Source: Phoronis australis
Lineage: Eukaryota; Animalia; Phoronida
Assembly: GCA_002633005.1 (NCBI GenBank)
Contig: NMRA01000560.1
Location: 203,123-267,122, forward strand
Direction of reading: 5' to 3'
DNA: 64,000 nucleotides
Shown: one piece after another, positions 49,551 to 63,180 of the stretch
Numbering within the stretch: the stretch's first letter is position 1
Layout of the letters: each line of letters starts with the position of its first letter
Position numbers and translations under genes: made by a program
Notes under the pieces: model-generated
Told to the model about the DNA's origin: nothing
Databases searched by the model: none
The model's input: the letters and a program-made list of their open reading frames with translations, nothing else

Positions 49551-51903
49551 TGAGTTGTCTTCTATTTAACAGATACTTATTTGCGAAGTTTATGTCATGT
49601 AACTATGGAGGTACAAGATGTGAATGTAAAAAAGTCAACATTCATAAAAAACATTTGCAGAATTTCACAAAGAATCTGCAAGGCATAAAGGAGATATAGC
49701 GGTGGTTATAAAAAACGAAATTGTCACTAGGGGGCAGCACAGTAGTCAGACCCATCTGAAACTCAACATCACCTGNTAGGAACAACAGTACTCTGCGCTT
49801 ACACGTGCAGAGTAATAACAAAAATGACCGCCAAGTGGCACAGAAAATGTCTTATCTGTCCAAAAATAACAAGACCAACGTGGAGCGTTGAAATGCGCCC
49901 ACGAATGCATCGCAAACGGTGTGCTTTTAGGGTTGATTATTGGTCATAAAAATGGCCACTAGATAGCGCAAAAACATTCAATCCCTCCAAAAATGAGAAC
50001 GTCATAGCTTCTTTAATAGAAAGCTCTTCACCAAATTTCATAGAAATTTGTCATGTAAATACACATGTTAAATTTAGTAAAGATCCCGCAAACAGTTTAA
50101 GAGATACAGCCATAAGCGAAGAAAACGAAACTGCCACTAGGAGGCATGACAGTAGTTGCTGAAGTCATCGGAAAATCATCGTCAGCTGTCCACTTCATAG
50201 TAAAAACATACATGCCAATTTTCACAATTATCCTGAAAGCGATTTGGTTGATAGAGGGGTGGACGCTTAAAAATAGACTCGAAAACGGTAAAAATGACCA
50301 ATACGTGGTGCAAACTAAATTGAACCCATTTGAAAATGGAAAGATAGCGTCACCACAGTAACAGAAGCCTGTATGCCAAATTTTTTGAAATTACGTTGAG
50401 GACCTTTGAAGATACAGAGGTAAACGTAAAAAAATAAAATTGCCACCAGGGGATACACCAGTAGTCAAATCCGTCCGAAAGTTGTGGTCGTCCTTTGTCA
50501 ACATCACATAAATGCACTTACTACATTTAGAAAAGATCCTGCAGACGGTTTACGAGATACAGCCATAGGCGCAAAAAAAACAAAACTGCCACTAGGAGGC
50601 TTCCACCACAGTTGTCGAAATCGTCGGAAAGTCAGCCGTCCTCTTCATAGTAAGAAAATACATGCCAATTTCCACAATCATCCTCAGAGCGGTTTGGTTG
50701 ATAGAGTGGTGGACAACTAAAAACAGACTAAAAACAGTAAAAATGGCCACTAGGTGGCGCAAATTATGTCGAATATATCCAAAAACAGGTGGATAGCCTT
50801 ATCTCACTAATAGATGCCTACATGCCAAATTTTATGAAAATACGCTGAAGACCTTTGAAGATATAGAGGTAAGTGTAAAAAACTAAAATTGCCACTAGGG
50901 GACAGACCAGTGGTTGAATCCGTGCAAACGTTCGCTCATGTCGCCCCATCTATGAATGGAACACATGTGCAAAATTTCATGAGCATACGTCAGACGGTTT
51001 TGGAGTTAGAGCAGCGGACACCGGACGGATGGAGATGACGGCATAATGCGTCAAATATGTGGGTGCATAAAAATGAGTTGTCTTCTATTTAACAGATACT
51101 TATTTGCGAAGTTTATGTCATGTAACTATGGAGGTACAAGATGTGAATGTAAAAAAGTCAACATTCATAAAAAACATTTGCAGAATTTCACAAAGAATCT
51201 GCAAGGCATAAAGGAGATATAGCGGTGGTTATAAAAAACAAAATTGTCACTAGGGGGCAGCACAGTAGTCAGACCCATCTGAAACTCAACATCACCTGTG
51301 GACTTCTCACAAGAAACACACCTGCCAATTTTCATAATTATCTTGGAGTGGATTGATAGAAAGAGAGGCAGACAGAAAAAATGCAAAGAATGAAAAAGTG
51401 TCAGACATAAGCAAAACATACGCAAAACATACAATAAACTACACTGCGGCATTTTACCGTTGATCCCAACTTGTTCGACTCTATAAACCAACAAGTTGGG
51501 AAGATGACCCCTGTAGCCTGAATATCTTACACGACTGATTAAACCCGTTCTGGCATTTATGGTTGGAGGGCCAGCTCTCTTTTGTTCGATAACTGCTCTT
51601 TAATAGAACCATCTGAAGGTGATAGGAGAGCCTTCTAGACAACATACAGGTGATAAGGCAAATACAACTTTATTCATCATTACGACCTATGCATCAGTAT
51701 GGACAGGGGCAAGTAAAAAAACTCAAAAGCGTTTTAACTCATTATGCCTTGACCAGTCAGGGGAGGTAATATACCACACCAGGTGGCAGAACCAATTTTG
51801 GAGGGAATGGTCCAGAAATTGTCGAAACAACCCAAAACGCTCTTCAGTGTTGGGATAACTGTACAAATGAGCAACAGAAAGGATGGCGAGATTCACGTCT
51901 CAC

Positions 51904-52001
51904 CTTCCTTCTCTAAGTACCGCAGTCTTCTGGCTACAACTTTCCGTCTCTCCTGCAGTTTGAATCTCGTGTCCGCCACACTCTCATACTCTGGTGCATA
52001 G
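51904..52001 (-). CDS. RBM48: RBM48 exon, 5'-truncated by the assembly gap
   Basis: YAPEYESVADTRFKLQERRKVVARRL matches RBM48 YAPEFE.V..TR.KLQ.R; donor AAG|GTGAG; N at 52002. Confidence 0.88.
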
Positions 52002-52002
52002 N

Positions 52003-52428
52003 AAAGCGGTTTTGTTTCACGGAGGAATAATTCCAATTTATTACCCAACAGACTCCATCTGCAACTGACCTCGGTAAGTTGGCCTACCGCAGTGAATTTT
52101 GTAAGCTACGGTACATTAAAAATTTCTATAAATCTGTAACAGCAAAAATGACTCATTTGTGTAAAAACTCAATGTATTTGTAAGGGTTTTACATCGCATT
52201 TTGATGATTCATTGGTATAAAACGATGAATTCAAGAGATAAGCCGACACCAGTAAACGTCTCGTGAACTTCTGAGCAGACTGTGTTAGAACCTGTGACAT
52301 CATTGGTTAATTTCAACAACTCCGTCTGCAGTCTGGTGTCAGGTAAAAGAATTGAGCTTGCTGTTATCGAGAGGAACTACACAATCTAAATTGATACAAA
52401 GTACGTTGTTTTTTGGTGGCATTCTCCT
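52003..52428 (+). mobile_element. Right end of a Kolobok-like element
   Basis: Homologous to ~32800-33093 and ~57900-58261; ends GGTGGCATTCTCCT followed by TTAA. Confidence 0.7.
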
Positions 52429-52853
52429 TTAAACTACAATGCTCAGAACATACCGGGTATTTTAATATAAAGAAATTATAAATAAAGCTCAGAACATACC
52501 GGGTATTTTAATATAAAGAAATTATAAATAAATAAAGGGCCAAGTCCCTTCCATGATGTCAAAACTACGCACTAGCAGTAAGCCTCGGCCACTCCATCAC
52601 TAAGTTAGTACTTATTTCGTAAGCAATGAATTTTATTTGCTCAAATTTCTCACTGAAGCTATCTGTTGCAAACATTATTGTTATCAGTATGGTTTGCACT
52701 GCACCTGGTAAAGGACAATTAGGCAACCCATGATCACTATTGTGTTGGAAGTTCATTAAATCATACATTTACACAATATCTCGGGTGGAGGTGGAGGGAC
52801 AAGGGAGACTGGGGGTGGGGGGAGGGGTGTGGAATGATGATGCCAGTACCAAC

Positions 52854-53047
52854 CGTGCAGCCTGTATCTTCTTGAACTTGAACCAGTAGGTCTCTGTAAA
52901 CTGGTCTGTATCAGGGTATTCATCTAGTATTCTGTACTCATCAATTTCACCATAAAGGGCAAAGAGTCGCACAAGATCTTGCATGGCACCGACTGCAGGT
53001 ACACCATGAACCATTAGGTATAATGACTCCTGGCAAACTGTGTACAC
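52854..53047 (-). CDS. RBM48: RBM48 RRM exon (RNA-binding motif protein 48, minor spliceosome factor)
   Basis: VYTVCQESLYLMVHGVPAVGAMQDLVRLFALYGEIDEYRILDEYPDTDQFTETYWFKFKKIQAAR matches the RBM48 RRM (VYT...ES.YL...GVPAVG....L...FALYG.I..Y..LDEYP...FTE.Y..KF...Q.AR); flanked by ttcag| and |gttggt. Confidence 0.93.
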
Positions 53048-54232
53048 CTGAAATGCATGAAATCACATGACTAGTGCAAGCTGTGCAAATATTTACACAA
53101 GACGCTCTTCATTTTTTGACGCAAAGATCAATTCAGTTATGAAAATGAGAAACTTATTTATTTTAACTTCCCATAACAGTGCTGAGTAACAGCCGAGTGC
53201 AACAATCGTTTTAGAAAATCTGTCTCAAACAGATATTTTTTGAGACAACGTGCTGGCTTTTTGTAAGTCGTAGTGATTGCTTAAAAATAGGAGCCTCAGT
53301 CTTAAGTCAAGAGGGTTGGTAACTAGTACCGGGACAGAGGTAATACCAGACCAAAAGAACCATGTCTTCTAATCTTCAGTAAAGAGCAGCTCTCTCTCCA
53401 CTTCTTTACACAGTTCATTATTCAAAGATAAGTCAGTTGCCCATGTTTAGGGAGCAAAAGTCTGGTGAAACGTGGGCACTTTTAAGTATGTCTCAATAGT
53501 ATAAGTATCATAAACACATTATTGGTTGGTATCCTGTCCAATATTTCTTTATCTTCATCTTCCACAGTCTTCAACTAACATTTTGTGTTTTTTAGTTGGG
53601 ATGGTATATAAATATTTCTTTGAGTGACTTTGATTCCTGGTTGGGTTTCACTTTTCTAGGGAAGAGGGAAATGTTTTAATACTCAAAATCATTAACCATT
53701 GACCTTGTCCTGTGATTCATCTGTATGTCACCTTCATAAATTCACCGGCAAGCATTGTGTAAGTCAAGTCAGGACTGTGGCTGTTTCTGGTTCATTAGGC
53801 TCTCTGTAGTACAGATTGGTCGGATACTGTAAGTACTCTCCATGAACCTGAGTATTTACAAAACTGCTTCTCCTAGACTAGAATTGCGTTAGCTGCTCGC
53901 CATTGGCAAATTCTGAGCGGGACTGGCGATGGTAAAGGTAAGTCTATTAACTTGGCGAATGCTGCTAAAATAAATTGCATCGCAAACGACATTCTCACTT
54001 CGATTCCGAGTCCTCAATATAGCAAGCAAATGTTTCATTTCATGCCCGTCACTTCCCTTGAAATCACTCTTTTACCGCAATGAAATGTTCAATTGTGTAG
54101 GCCGGGTCAGTGCTCTTGGTAATGGTGATTTCTCGCTTCATAAGAGATCTCGTGTAGGTGCTACCGCTTGTCGTCTGCATGTGAGATGTCAAAGCAATGG
54201 ATAGAAGACTATTTCGGCGGTAAACGCGTCGC

Positions 54233-54567
54233 AGACTCTCAATAACTTTTTACACAAGTGACATTTAGAGAGCTGACGAGGTATGACATTTTGATTTAAA
54301 AACAGATCACAAACTTGATCTTCGTGGTGCCATCTGTGGCTTTTACTTCTCAAAAGGAAAACACAACAAATGATGCGCTGAAAAATTGCATATTTTAGTG
54401 ATGAAGGCAGGGAGATTTAACACTATGTGAAAATATTAAATTTAAACCTTGAGTTCATATTTCACGTTTGAGACAGCTCAACTCAGTTCAGCCTTATTCT
54501 CCGAGTAGTTAATTCTCGTCAGACTGGCTCATACCACGTCGCAAGCATAAAAAGTTATTGAGAGACT
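54233..54567. mobile_element. Small MITE-like element with 20-bp TIR
   Basis: AGACTCTCAATAACTTTTTA ... TAAAAAGTTATTGAGAGACT (19/20 match); no clear TSD. Confidence 0.5.
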
Positions 54568-55129
54568 TTATCAAGTTTGCATTTCGGCGGCGGCCGAAAG
54601 AAATCAAGGTAAATTTTGTTACTTAATAAGTTTTATATTCACCACACTGCATGATTTAGCTTTATATTGCAAGCCACAAAATGTTTTTGAACCTACATAC
54701 CTTGCTCACAAAATGCCCACGTGGCCGGCGCGCCCCCACTGAAACCCGGGGATGGAGGGAGTCCCTGCACAATTTTTTAAGTGAAGATCAATGAAATGAT
54801 CATGTGGCCGCCGTAATCCGGGGATAGGGGTGAGCCCCTACCCAAATTTTTAATGTCAACCTCAATGAAATGCCCGTGAAGCGGAAAAAAAGACTGTAAA
54901 AGGCAAGTTGTTTTCTAAAGGCACTTTTCCATTGGAGCAACTTGGGTTTAATGAAGCTTCCCCAGAACTTTGCTTACCATTCCCATTAGACAGTGATATC
55001 GAAGAAGACACCAGACAACGCAGTTCATTCGTACTCTCAAATGAACATTAAGAAGTGGCTTTGTGGCTAACTCAAAATTGTTCCCGTCATTAACGAGTGT
55101 TCATGAAAATAATCAGAGTCGTTCTTCTT

Positions 55130-56316
55130 CTTTTCAAAATTCTAATATTGTTCTCTATGCGGATGACACAACAATACTGTCTGCAGGCAAAACCTCATCT
55201 GAAATCCAGGCCAATCTCAACTCTGGTTTAACAATCATTTCAGATTGGCTTGTATCCAATAAACTATCCTTAAATGTTTCTAAAACTAAAACTCTTCTAT
55301 ATGGCACATCCCAAAGACTTAGAAACCAAACCCTGTCATTTACTGTGGATGGAAGACCAATTGAGAACGTCAACTCCTTCAAAGAAATATCTGGGACTTA
55401 TATATGATCAAAATCTTAAATTCTCTCACCATGTTGATTATATCTCGAAAAAGGTGTCTAAGAAAATTAGCGTATTGAAACGCATCAGTAAATTCGTTAA
55501 CAGAGCAACACTGAAAACCCATTTTACTACTATCATTCAGCCTCACCTAGATTATTGCCTCCCGGTGTGGGGTGTTGAATCAGGCAAGGATATGAAAACC
55601 ATCCAGGTTATCCAAAATAGGGCTGCCCAGATTATTCTGGGAGCTGGTGTTAGAGATATTAGTATCGAAAACCTTCATAAAGAGACTGGTATAATGAAAA
55701 TTCACACAAGACATCAATTCCTATCTACTTGCTGTATGTACAATTGTTTTAAAGGCTTTGTCCCATCTTACTTATGTGCTAAGTTTAAGATGACTACTAA
55801 TCGCTACAATACTAGGTCCTCATCATCATCCGATTTCAATCTTCCTAAACGCAGAAGCGAGACTGGGAAAAAATCATTTTCCTACAGCGGGCCCTTTTTA
55901 TGGAACTCTCTCCGTGCAGATGCTAAATCTACATCATCCTTTCTAACCTTTCAAAGAATTATAAGAAATAGATTTAACTGCATGTAGTGTCTAAATTGCA
56001 TGTTTATTCATTTGTTATTTATATAATGTCTTACTTTTATTAATTATTTATTGTCTGTTTTAACTTTTTATATTTATATTTTACATATATATTTTTAGTT
56101 AATTATCTTGTCTTAATTTCTTTATCTTTTATTTATCATATTTTATTTTTATTTTGCTTCATCAGTCTTTCCATGTTAATTTCTTATTCTTTGTCTTTCA
56201 TTGTGTAATTCTGTTTTTGTCTTACTGTCTGTTTGTTTTTACTGAGGACCCCCATGGAAAGCAGTGTGAACTGATGGGGCTACCCTCATTGTAAATATTA
56301 CATTAATAATAAATAA
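55130..56316 (+). mobile_element. 5'-truncated CR1/L2-group LINE (RT C-terminus, 3' UTR, tail)
   Basis: LYADDT, WLVSNKLSLNVSKTK, frameshift to KYLGLIYDQNLKFSHHVD, PHLDYC..VW, QNRAA, SFSYSGP.LWNSL; T-rich UTR; 3' hairpin region ccccat..atgggg; taataaataa tail. Confidence 0.88.
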
Positions 56317-56568
56317 CTAAATATCATATATGCTTTCTTTTATTTATTTACGGAGCGTCTACTTAGAGCACGTCGGCAATGCTACAATAAAAAAGAACAC
56401 GTTTCGCGAGTCTTGCGTGATTGTATTACGTTGCCGCGACCTCCATGAATAACCTTGACGAACCTTCGCTTTGAGTGTTCCCACTATGCCGAAATTTCAG
56501 TGAATACCGAAGCTTTGCATTCATATCCTACTATTTTTAGCAAAGTTTTGCTTGCAGACTTTAGTTAA

Positions 56569-58261
56569 AGAAGAATGCCACCCGATTTAATTAGTCTTTT
56601 TTGCCGTCTTAATCGGTCTATATCCACATCGCCTTGCATACGGTCGACCTTATCTTGCCAAGACGTGTCGCGTTAACCTGTGAGGAAGGTGAGAAACGAC
56701 GCTAGCGACGTCAGTGGCTCATATGCAGAGTGAATGCCGCTACATGTATGTTGCGGTGCATCGTTCCCGCTTGCCCGAACTAAGCAGCTGCGAGGAAAGC
56801 GGGTATAACGTTTTTTTTCTTCCTCGAGAGTCCGAAATGCTTAGGAAGTGGCTCATGGTAGTGAAGAATGAAATGTACACTGTAAATAGCAAGTATGAGG
56901 CCGTGAAACATGTCCGTGTCTGTGGCCTGCAGACGTCGACCGTGCCTGACGAATGCTGGCTTACCAAATAACTCCATACATTCAGTTGTGTCTGAGCTTG
57001 TTCACGATGCCTCTCTAGTATTTCTTCATCACTGTATTCCTGTTCGAATTGATAGCCTGTAAAACTTAACGTTCTACCTGCGAAGTCGGGACTGATGAGC
57101 TCTAACTGGTCCTAAGTCGGGATTGCGAGTTGCCATGTTGGCGTTTATTACTGAGCATTCTGTTTCAAAATGAGTTATTCTCACCCTAACCAATACTTAT
57201 ATAAAACTGAAACAAGGTCTGTCTCATTAGATGCAATTTGTAATGCCTCTGGAGTGTTCGTGAGTACAAATGATTTGAGAAGCCAGCAATAAACTTCGTT
57301 ACCGGCTTTAGGTGGAATAAAACTAATTGACGGGACACCTAGCCTGTGTGAGCTCATGCTAATTTAGTATTTGCTGGCAGAAACTGTTCTGAAACAACTC
57401 AATTTCCATCCCACGGCCAGGTGTTAGGGGAATCTTTATTTACATTTACATTACTCAAATAATGATTGTCAATGTACAACTTCTGCCCTGACCGTCAGGG
57501 CAGGGTGCTGTGGCCAAAGCGGAACCACAATTCGCGTCCCCCGAAGAGTAAGTAGATTTGCAGTTTCGTGGCTAATTCACCAACATAATCAGGTGCACAT
57601 TACTTTGGCTCACTAGTATAGTATTTTCTTGACTGGAGTGGAAGTTTAGTTTCCACTGAACTTTGGCTGGTTTATGTTCGTGATGTCTGATCAGTTTCCG
57701 AGCCACTGGCGGGGATAACGAGTCAATCCGACCGGCCGCGATGGGCCCGATCGTGCTCCGAGCCACTGGCCAGGCTAACAAGCGTTTTGTGTTTAGAACT
57801 CAAAAAATCACAAGTCTAAGCAAAGCAGATCTAGGTTCTCCTGTGACTATCTCACAGAAAATACTTCGGAAATTATCTAGTCCGACCCAAAACTCCTGCT
57901 ACGAACCTTATTGGCCTGACGAACTTTGTAGGCTACGGTGTGCCCAAATATCAATAAATCCGTAAGAGCGAAATAAAACAACACGTTTTTATAAGTATTC
58001 GGTGTGTTTTCAAGGGTTTTACATCGAAGTTTGATGATTTATTGATGTTAAACGATGACTTCAAGCGATAAGCTGACACCAGTAACCCGTATTTTGAACT
58101 GCTGAACAGACTGCATGTGAAACCGATGACGTCATTGGATAACTTCAACACCTGCGTCTGCTGTCAGGTGTCAGGTAACGCAACCGTACGTGTTGTTATG
58201 GAGTAGAACTACTCGATCTAAATTGATACAAATTAGGTTGTTTTTTGGGTGGCATGCTCCT
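56569..58261 (+). mobile_element. Complete Kolobok-like non-autonomous element with THAP relic
   Basis: TTAA at 56565-56568 and 58262-58265; 15-bp TIR AGAAGAATGCCACCC / GGGTGGCATGCTCCT (13/15); purine-purine terminus (unlike piggyBac); THAP-like FFLPRESEMLRKW..VKNE..RVC. Confidence 0.8.
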
Positions 58262-60650
58262 TTAAAATTACCAGAGCAAACTTTTCCAACTTGCCGAATC
58301 TTCAGTAAAAGCAAAATTTCACGTCTAATGGGAAGGCAACTTTAGTTGGACACTTGCTAGAGTTTGTTGTAGCTGTGGTTTCATTACCTAGTGTTTTACT
58401 CACACCGCTTAGGTGCATTAGATAACAGTGTTGGTGTGGTATCATAAGTTAAGAAAGTCTCAGACAGCTAAAGTCCAACACTTGCCAGTGTTTTTGCTTG
58501 ATGACCTTGGAATGTTGATCATTTTTTTTCTTAAGGCAAACATCGTGTCTTATAGCACATTACGATAATGACCTGTGTGTAACGCGAAAAATGAAACATT
58601 CGGTCAGTGGAATTTTTTTTTTATCAATTGCGAAGGTTGGGAAAAGAGAAAATGTTTGGCTAATAATTTTTCAAAATGGATAGATGTTTTCACATGCTTT
58701 AGCCACTTTGGCTAATACCTTATAAAAGTCTTGCACAAGACTAGCTACATCATATATGTAATAGCATATGATGTATGAGACCTATATACGTCCCTGTGCA
58801 TGAAAATGAAATAGGTGTGGTTCCCGCTATATGCTGTATGCTTTTCTAGTGCTGCAAAAAGGCCTCACCTTCCATCACATTACACAAATAACACATTTAC
58901 ATCATTCCTAAAATCTATTGGCATAATTAATACACGAACCTCCAGCCACTGGCACGACGTTTCGGTCGCTCTCTTCTCCAATGAACCATTTTCAGATGTA
59001 ATAGAAGAATGGGCACGGGTATATGGTGGTCAATGAGAAGCATTTTTTCAAATTATCAGTCTAATACTCTAACCATTACACCACCGAGCCATGGTTACAC
59101 TTATCTTCTTTAGATTTTAAATTAATGCTCCAAGATGCGTCATGCATGCTGAAAACCAGTCGCATGTTGCACACACTGCCACCTGGTTTCTACTGCAGTC
59201 GATAGGCAATACCGGCTGATTGCCCATGCCTACCACCCCGTACTTGTTTTGCCACCGTCAAAGGGAACAAGAAAACGAGAGATCCTGGCAGTCTACCATA
59301 TTTACTTCATAGTTATGAAATTTTCAGAACTCTTTCAGCTGAAACATTTTGTCAAATATTTGATCAATATTATTAAAAGATAAACACTTTAATTTTTTAA
59401 TTTTTCAATGGTAAATCGTATCTTTAAAACACTTGAAGCTGTTAATCGATACTTTCATGTTAGAAAAATGAAAAAAAAGAAAATAGGTGAACGTGTGCTT
59501 GTCATGATGCACACTTGTTCGTGTTCTAATATTCACTTTGGTAATCCTCAGTCACCAGGACGTACTGCCACCACTTTTGTTACTTCGACTTGATGTGACA
59601 TTACGTTGAGCATGTGCACTGAAGCTGCAGAACCATCGTTAATGGGTGAGTGAATGCACAAATATGGAATTTGAGGCATATTACCTATCCTATGATTAGG
59701 TTTTAGAATTTGTCTTTAATGGTTATGTCTTCACTAAAGTTGAACAAACATGAAGTTAAGCACCAATACCTGCAGTTACGAATTTGAAGTATATTTTTAA
59801 CTGTTCCGTTAAGTTTAATAAGTACTCGCCTGCTCGTCAAGCGGCTCATTAATAATTAAGCCACTGGCAAGGTCTGTGCAACGCCACCAGATTTTAAATT
59901 TAAAAATGTTTTGTTACCACATCACCAACTCAAAGTAGTTTTAGGAAGATCCTTCTTCTTCTTCTTCCGGTTTCAACAAAACGATAGAAGAACCAATCCT
60001 GATATGATGGCACATGTTAGTGATAAATTTGAACTATATGCATAACTGTGAAAATAACAACAAAACAAAGTGCGGGTTAGTGCCAGGATAAAAACAAGTT
60101 TTATTATTTATAATTTACTGAGTAAAATTGATTTTCGAGATGTGACTCGTGAACATCTCTACTGTTTCTAATGAAATGGTATGTTGTGAGAGTCTACTTG
60201 AGAGTAGATGGGAAGAAAGAAATTGTGTAGTATGCACTTTGAATGTATGTTGATCCCTCAAAGCTCAGCTTCGTCAAAGACAAAGGTATGAGACTGGGAA
60301 TTAGGTGACCTAGAAATATGCACATACTACAAGGTACGACACTCGGGACAAGGAATTTCACAGGTGCTTCACTTCAGCCGTCCATATCAAACACAAAACT
60401 CAATAAATTTACACAAAACAAAATTTGAACAAACACTAATTAGTAATCGTTCTTTCTTATAATACCATTCACGGTGTCCTGCTCCAGCGAGATCGCAAGA
60501 AATTCGCAGTCAAAACACAAAAATGTTCCCAAAAAGCCCGTGCATCAGTCCTCCTTTGACGGTTTGAGGTAAAGGACGGTATCGCAATTGCTGATTTGTC
60601 ACGGAGTGTCACGACATCGATAACTCCACACTTAGCCAGACGTAACCTTC

Positions 60651-60782
60651 CGTGATAAATTCTGTGGGTGAAACCTCGGAAACCGCTTTTGGTATTGGCA
60701 TGGACTGCCAGCCCACAATCATGGTGAACCTCGGAGAGGTAAGCCTAGAAGTTATAGTCGATTCGGGAGCCGCCACCAATAT
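60651..60782 (+). mobile_element. Gypsy-type LTR retrotransposon aspartic protease fragment, cut by the gap
   Basis: Frame from 60661 reads SVGETSETAFGIGMDCQPTIMVNLGEVSLEVIVDSGAATNI, containing the retropepsin D[ST]GA motif. Confidence 0.7.
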
Positions 60783-61364
60783 NAGTCCAACACTTGCCAG
60801 TGTTTTTGCTTGATGACCTTGGAATGTTGATCATTTTTTTTCTTAAGGCAAACATCGTGTCTTATAGCACATTATGATAATGACCTGTGCGTAACACGAA
60901 AAATGAAACATTCGGTCAGTGGAATTGTTTTTTTTTTATCAATTGCGAAGATTGGGAAAAGAGAAAATGTTTGGCTAATGATTTTTCAAAATGGATAGAT
61001 GTTTTCACATGCTTTAGCCACTTTGGCTAATACCTTATAAAAGTCTTGCACGAGACTAGCTACATCATATTTGTAATAGTATATGATGTAGGAGACCTAT
61101 ATACGTCCCTGTGCATGAAAATGAAATAGGTGTGGTTCCCGCTATATGCTGTATGCTTTTGCTGCAAAAAGGCACCACCTTCCATCACATTACACTAATA
61201 GCACATTTACATCATTCCTAAAATCTATTGGAATATTTAATACACCAACCTCCAGCCACTGGCACCACGTTTCGGTCGCTCTCTTCTCCAATGAACCATT
61301 TTCAGATGTAACAGAAGAATGGGCACGGGTATATGGTGGTCAATGAGAAGCATTTTTTCTTTCT

Positions 61365-61429
61365 CTTGGAATTTAACTAGGAACCCTCAAATTATCAGTC
61401 TAGCACTCTAACCATTCCACCACCGAGCC
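61365..61429 (-). mobile_element. tRNA-derived SINE head (partly deleted in the allelic copy at ~59045-59090)
   Basis: Minus strand reads GGCTCGGTGGTGGAATGGTTAGAG...GTTAAATTCC, A/B-box-like. Confidence 0.45.
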
Positions 61430-61739
61430 ATGGTCACACTTAACTTCTTTAGATTTTAAATTAATGCTCCAAGATGCGTCATGCATGCTGAAAACCAGTC
61501 GCATGTTGCACACACTGCCACCTGGTTTCTACTGCAGTTGATAGGCAATACCGGCTGATTCCCCATGCTTACCACCCCGTACTTGTTTTGCCACCGTCAA
61601 AGGGAACAAGAAAACGAGAGATCCTGGCAGTCTACCATATTTACTTCATAGTTATGAACTTTTCAGAACTCTTTCAGCTGAAACATTTTGTCAAATATCT
61701 GATCAATATTATTAAAAGATAAACACTTTAATTTTTTAA

Positions 61740-63180
61740 TTACTTGGCGGAATTCTTCTGCCAAGTATGTTGGTCTGACAGCAAGTTGTTTTTTTGTTTT
61801 TTTTGTTTGTTCGCTCTCTACAGGTCGCAATTTTCGTCCGATTTTCACGAAATTTGCACACAACGTGTAGATCGGGAACTGCTAGAACGCTATTGTTTTT
61901 TGTTTTTGGTCATGATCGGATACAAAATGGCGGACGTGGCGGCCATTTTGTATCCAATTTCACAGTCAAATACTCGTAGAGGCCGCATTTTTCGACCTAC
62001 ATGGCTGAAAATCGGTACGAATATACTACAACACATGTGCTACAATTGTGCAGAAAATCGTTGACTTCCGGTTAAAGATGGCGGAAATATTGGACGTGGC
62101 GCATGCGCACCCCGAAATATGGCCAAAAACATTTTCTCCTGTAGAGGGCGTATTTGCAAACTAATTACTTTCAAACTGGTCACGTGTTTGTTGAGTTTAA
62201 TACGCTTTTACAAAAACTTCTTGAACCGGAAGTCACTTTCAAGATGGCAGCTGTGGGGCATGTTCACACGGTTTCAATCGCTCTGGTGCCGCATTTTTTA
62301 TGGGAAGAGCAAATGACGTGAATTTTTGCATGTGGATTCCTTGAAGTATGACCTTTCAAAAAGTCTGCCAGAGCGTATTTCTCAGACTTACCGTTTTCGA
62401 GTTATTTGACTTTGAATTTCAAAAAAATGGCAAATTTTCAATTTTCTCGAAAATTTTTTGGATTTTTGCCAAACTACCACTTTAGATAGAGATTTGAACG
62501 GGCTTTCAGAAGATATTTTCCATTTTGCGCTACAATGTCTACTTTTTGAATTATTCGAGATTTTCGGATATCGTTGTTCCTTCGGTCACACGCAGCTGGC
62601 TGGCTTTCAGCTCACTTTGTTTTGGTTATGCCTAGTTGACCCAGACTGACCCAGCCAGCACTGTCCTACTGTAAAGCATGCCTCGTCCGTAATGTTGTAT
62701 TGTTCTTTATTGTAGTTGATTGTATGCTCTATCAAAGTACGTAGAGTTGTGGACAGGCTTTCAGACGATATTTTCCATTTTGCGCTACAACGTCTACTTT
62801 TGAATTATTCGAGATTTTCGAATGCCGTTGTTCCTTCGGCCACCTATGAAAGACGCAACTGGCTGGCTTTCAGTTCACTTTATTTTGGTTATGCCTAGTT
62901 GACCCAGACTGACCCAGCCAGCACTGTCCTACTGCAGACTGGACCGTCATGTTGCGCCATCTATTGTTCTTTATTGTAGTTGATTGTATGCTCTCTATTT
63001 GATTTCTTCGCAAGTCACATGAATGTTATCGTGTTTGCCAAACTACCACTTCAGATAAAGTTTTGAATGGGCTTTCATTCTTTATTGTAGTTGATTGTAT
63101 GCTCTCTCTCACATGAATGATATCGTGTTCGTCGTCTTTTCGATTAATTCCGCCAAGTGTCGCTCCTCCGAGCGCTCTCG
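61740..63180 (+). mobile_element. Helentron-type family A element, present in this haplotype only
   Basis: 5' TTACTTGGCGGAATTCTTCTGCCAAGTA hairpin; 3' ATTCCGCCAAGT subTIR, CGCTCctccGAGCG stem-loop and T run; empty site at 59400/59401 with no TSD. Confidence 0.85.

Noticed and set aside
48254-51298. 1.5-kb perfect tandem duplication; similar duplications at Ns 22871, 24393, 44263 and 60783
   Set aside because: Each is centred on an assembly N; treated as artefacts of heterozygous assembly.
53050-55000. Search for the first RBM48 coding exon (expected HH...R.KYREGR...AVK)
   Set aside because: No convincing match found by eye; YREP at ~53800 lacks the rest of the motif. The exon may lie further upstream or in a gap.
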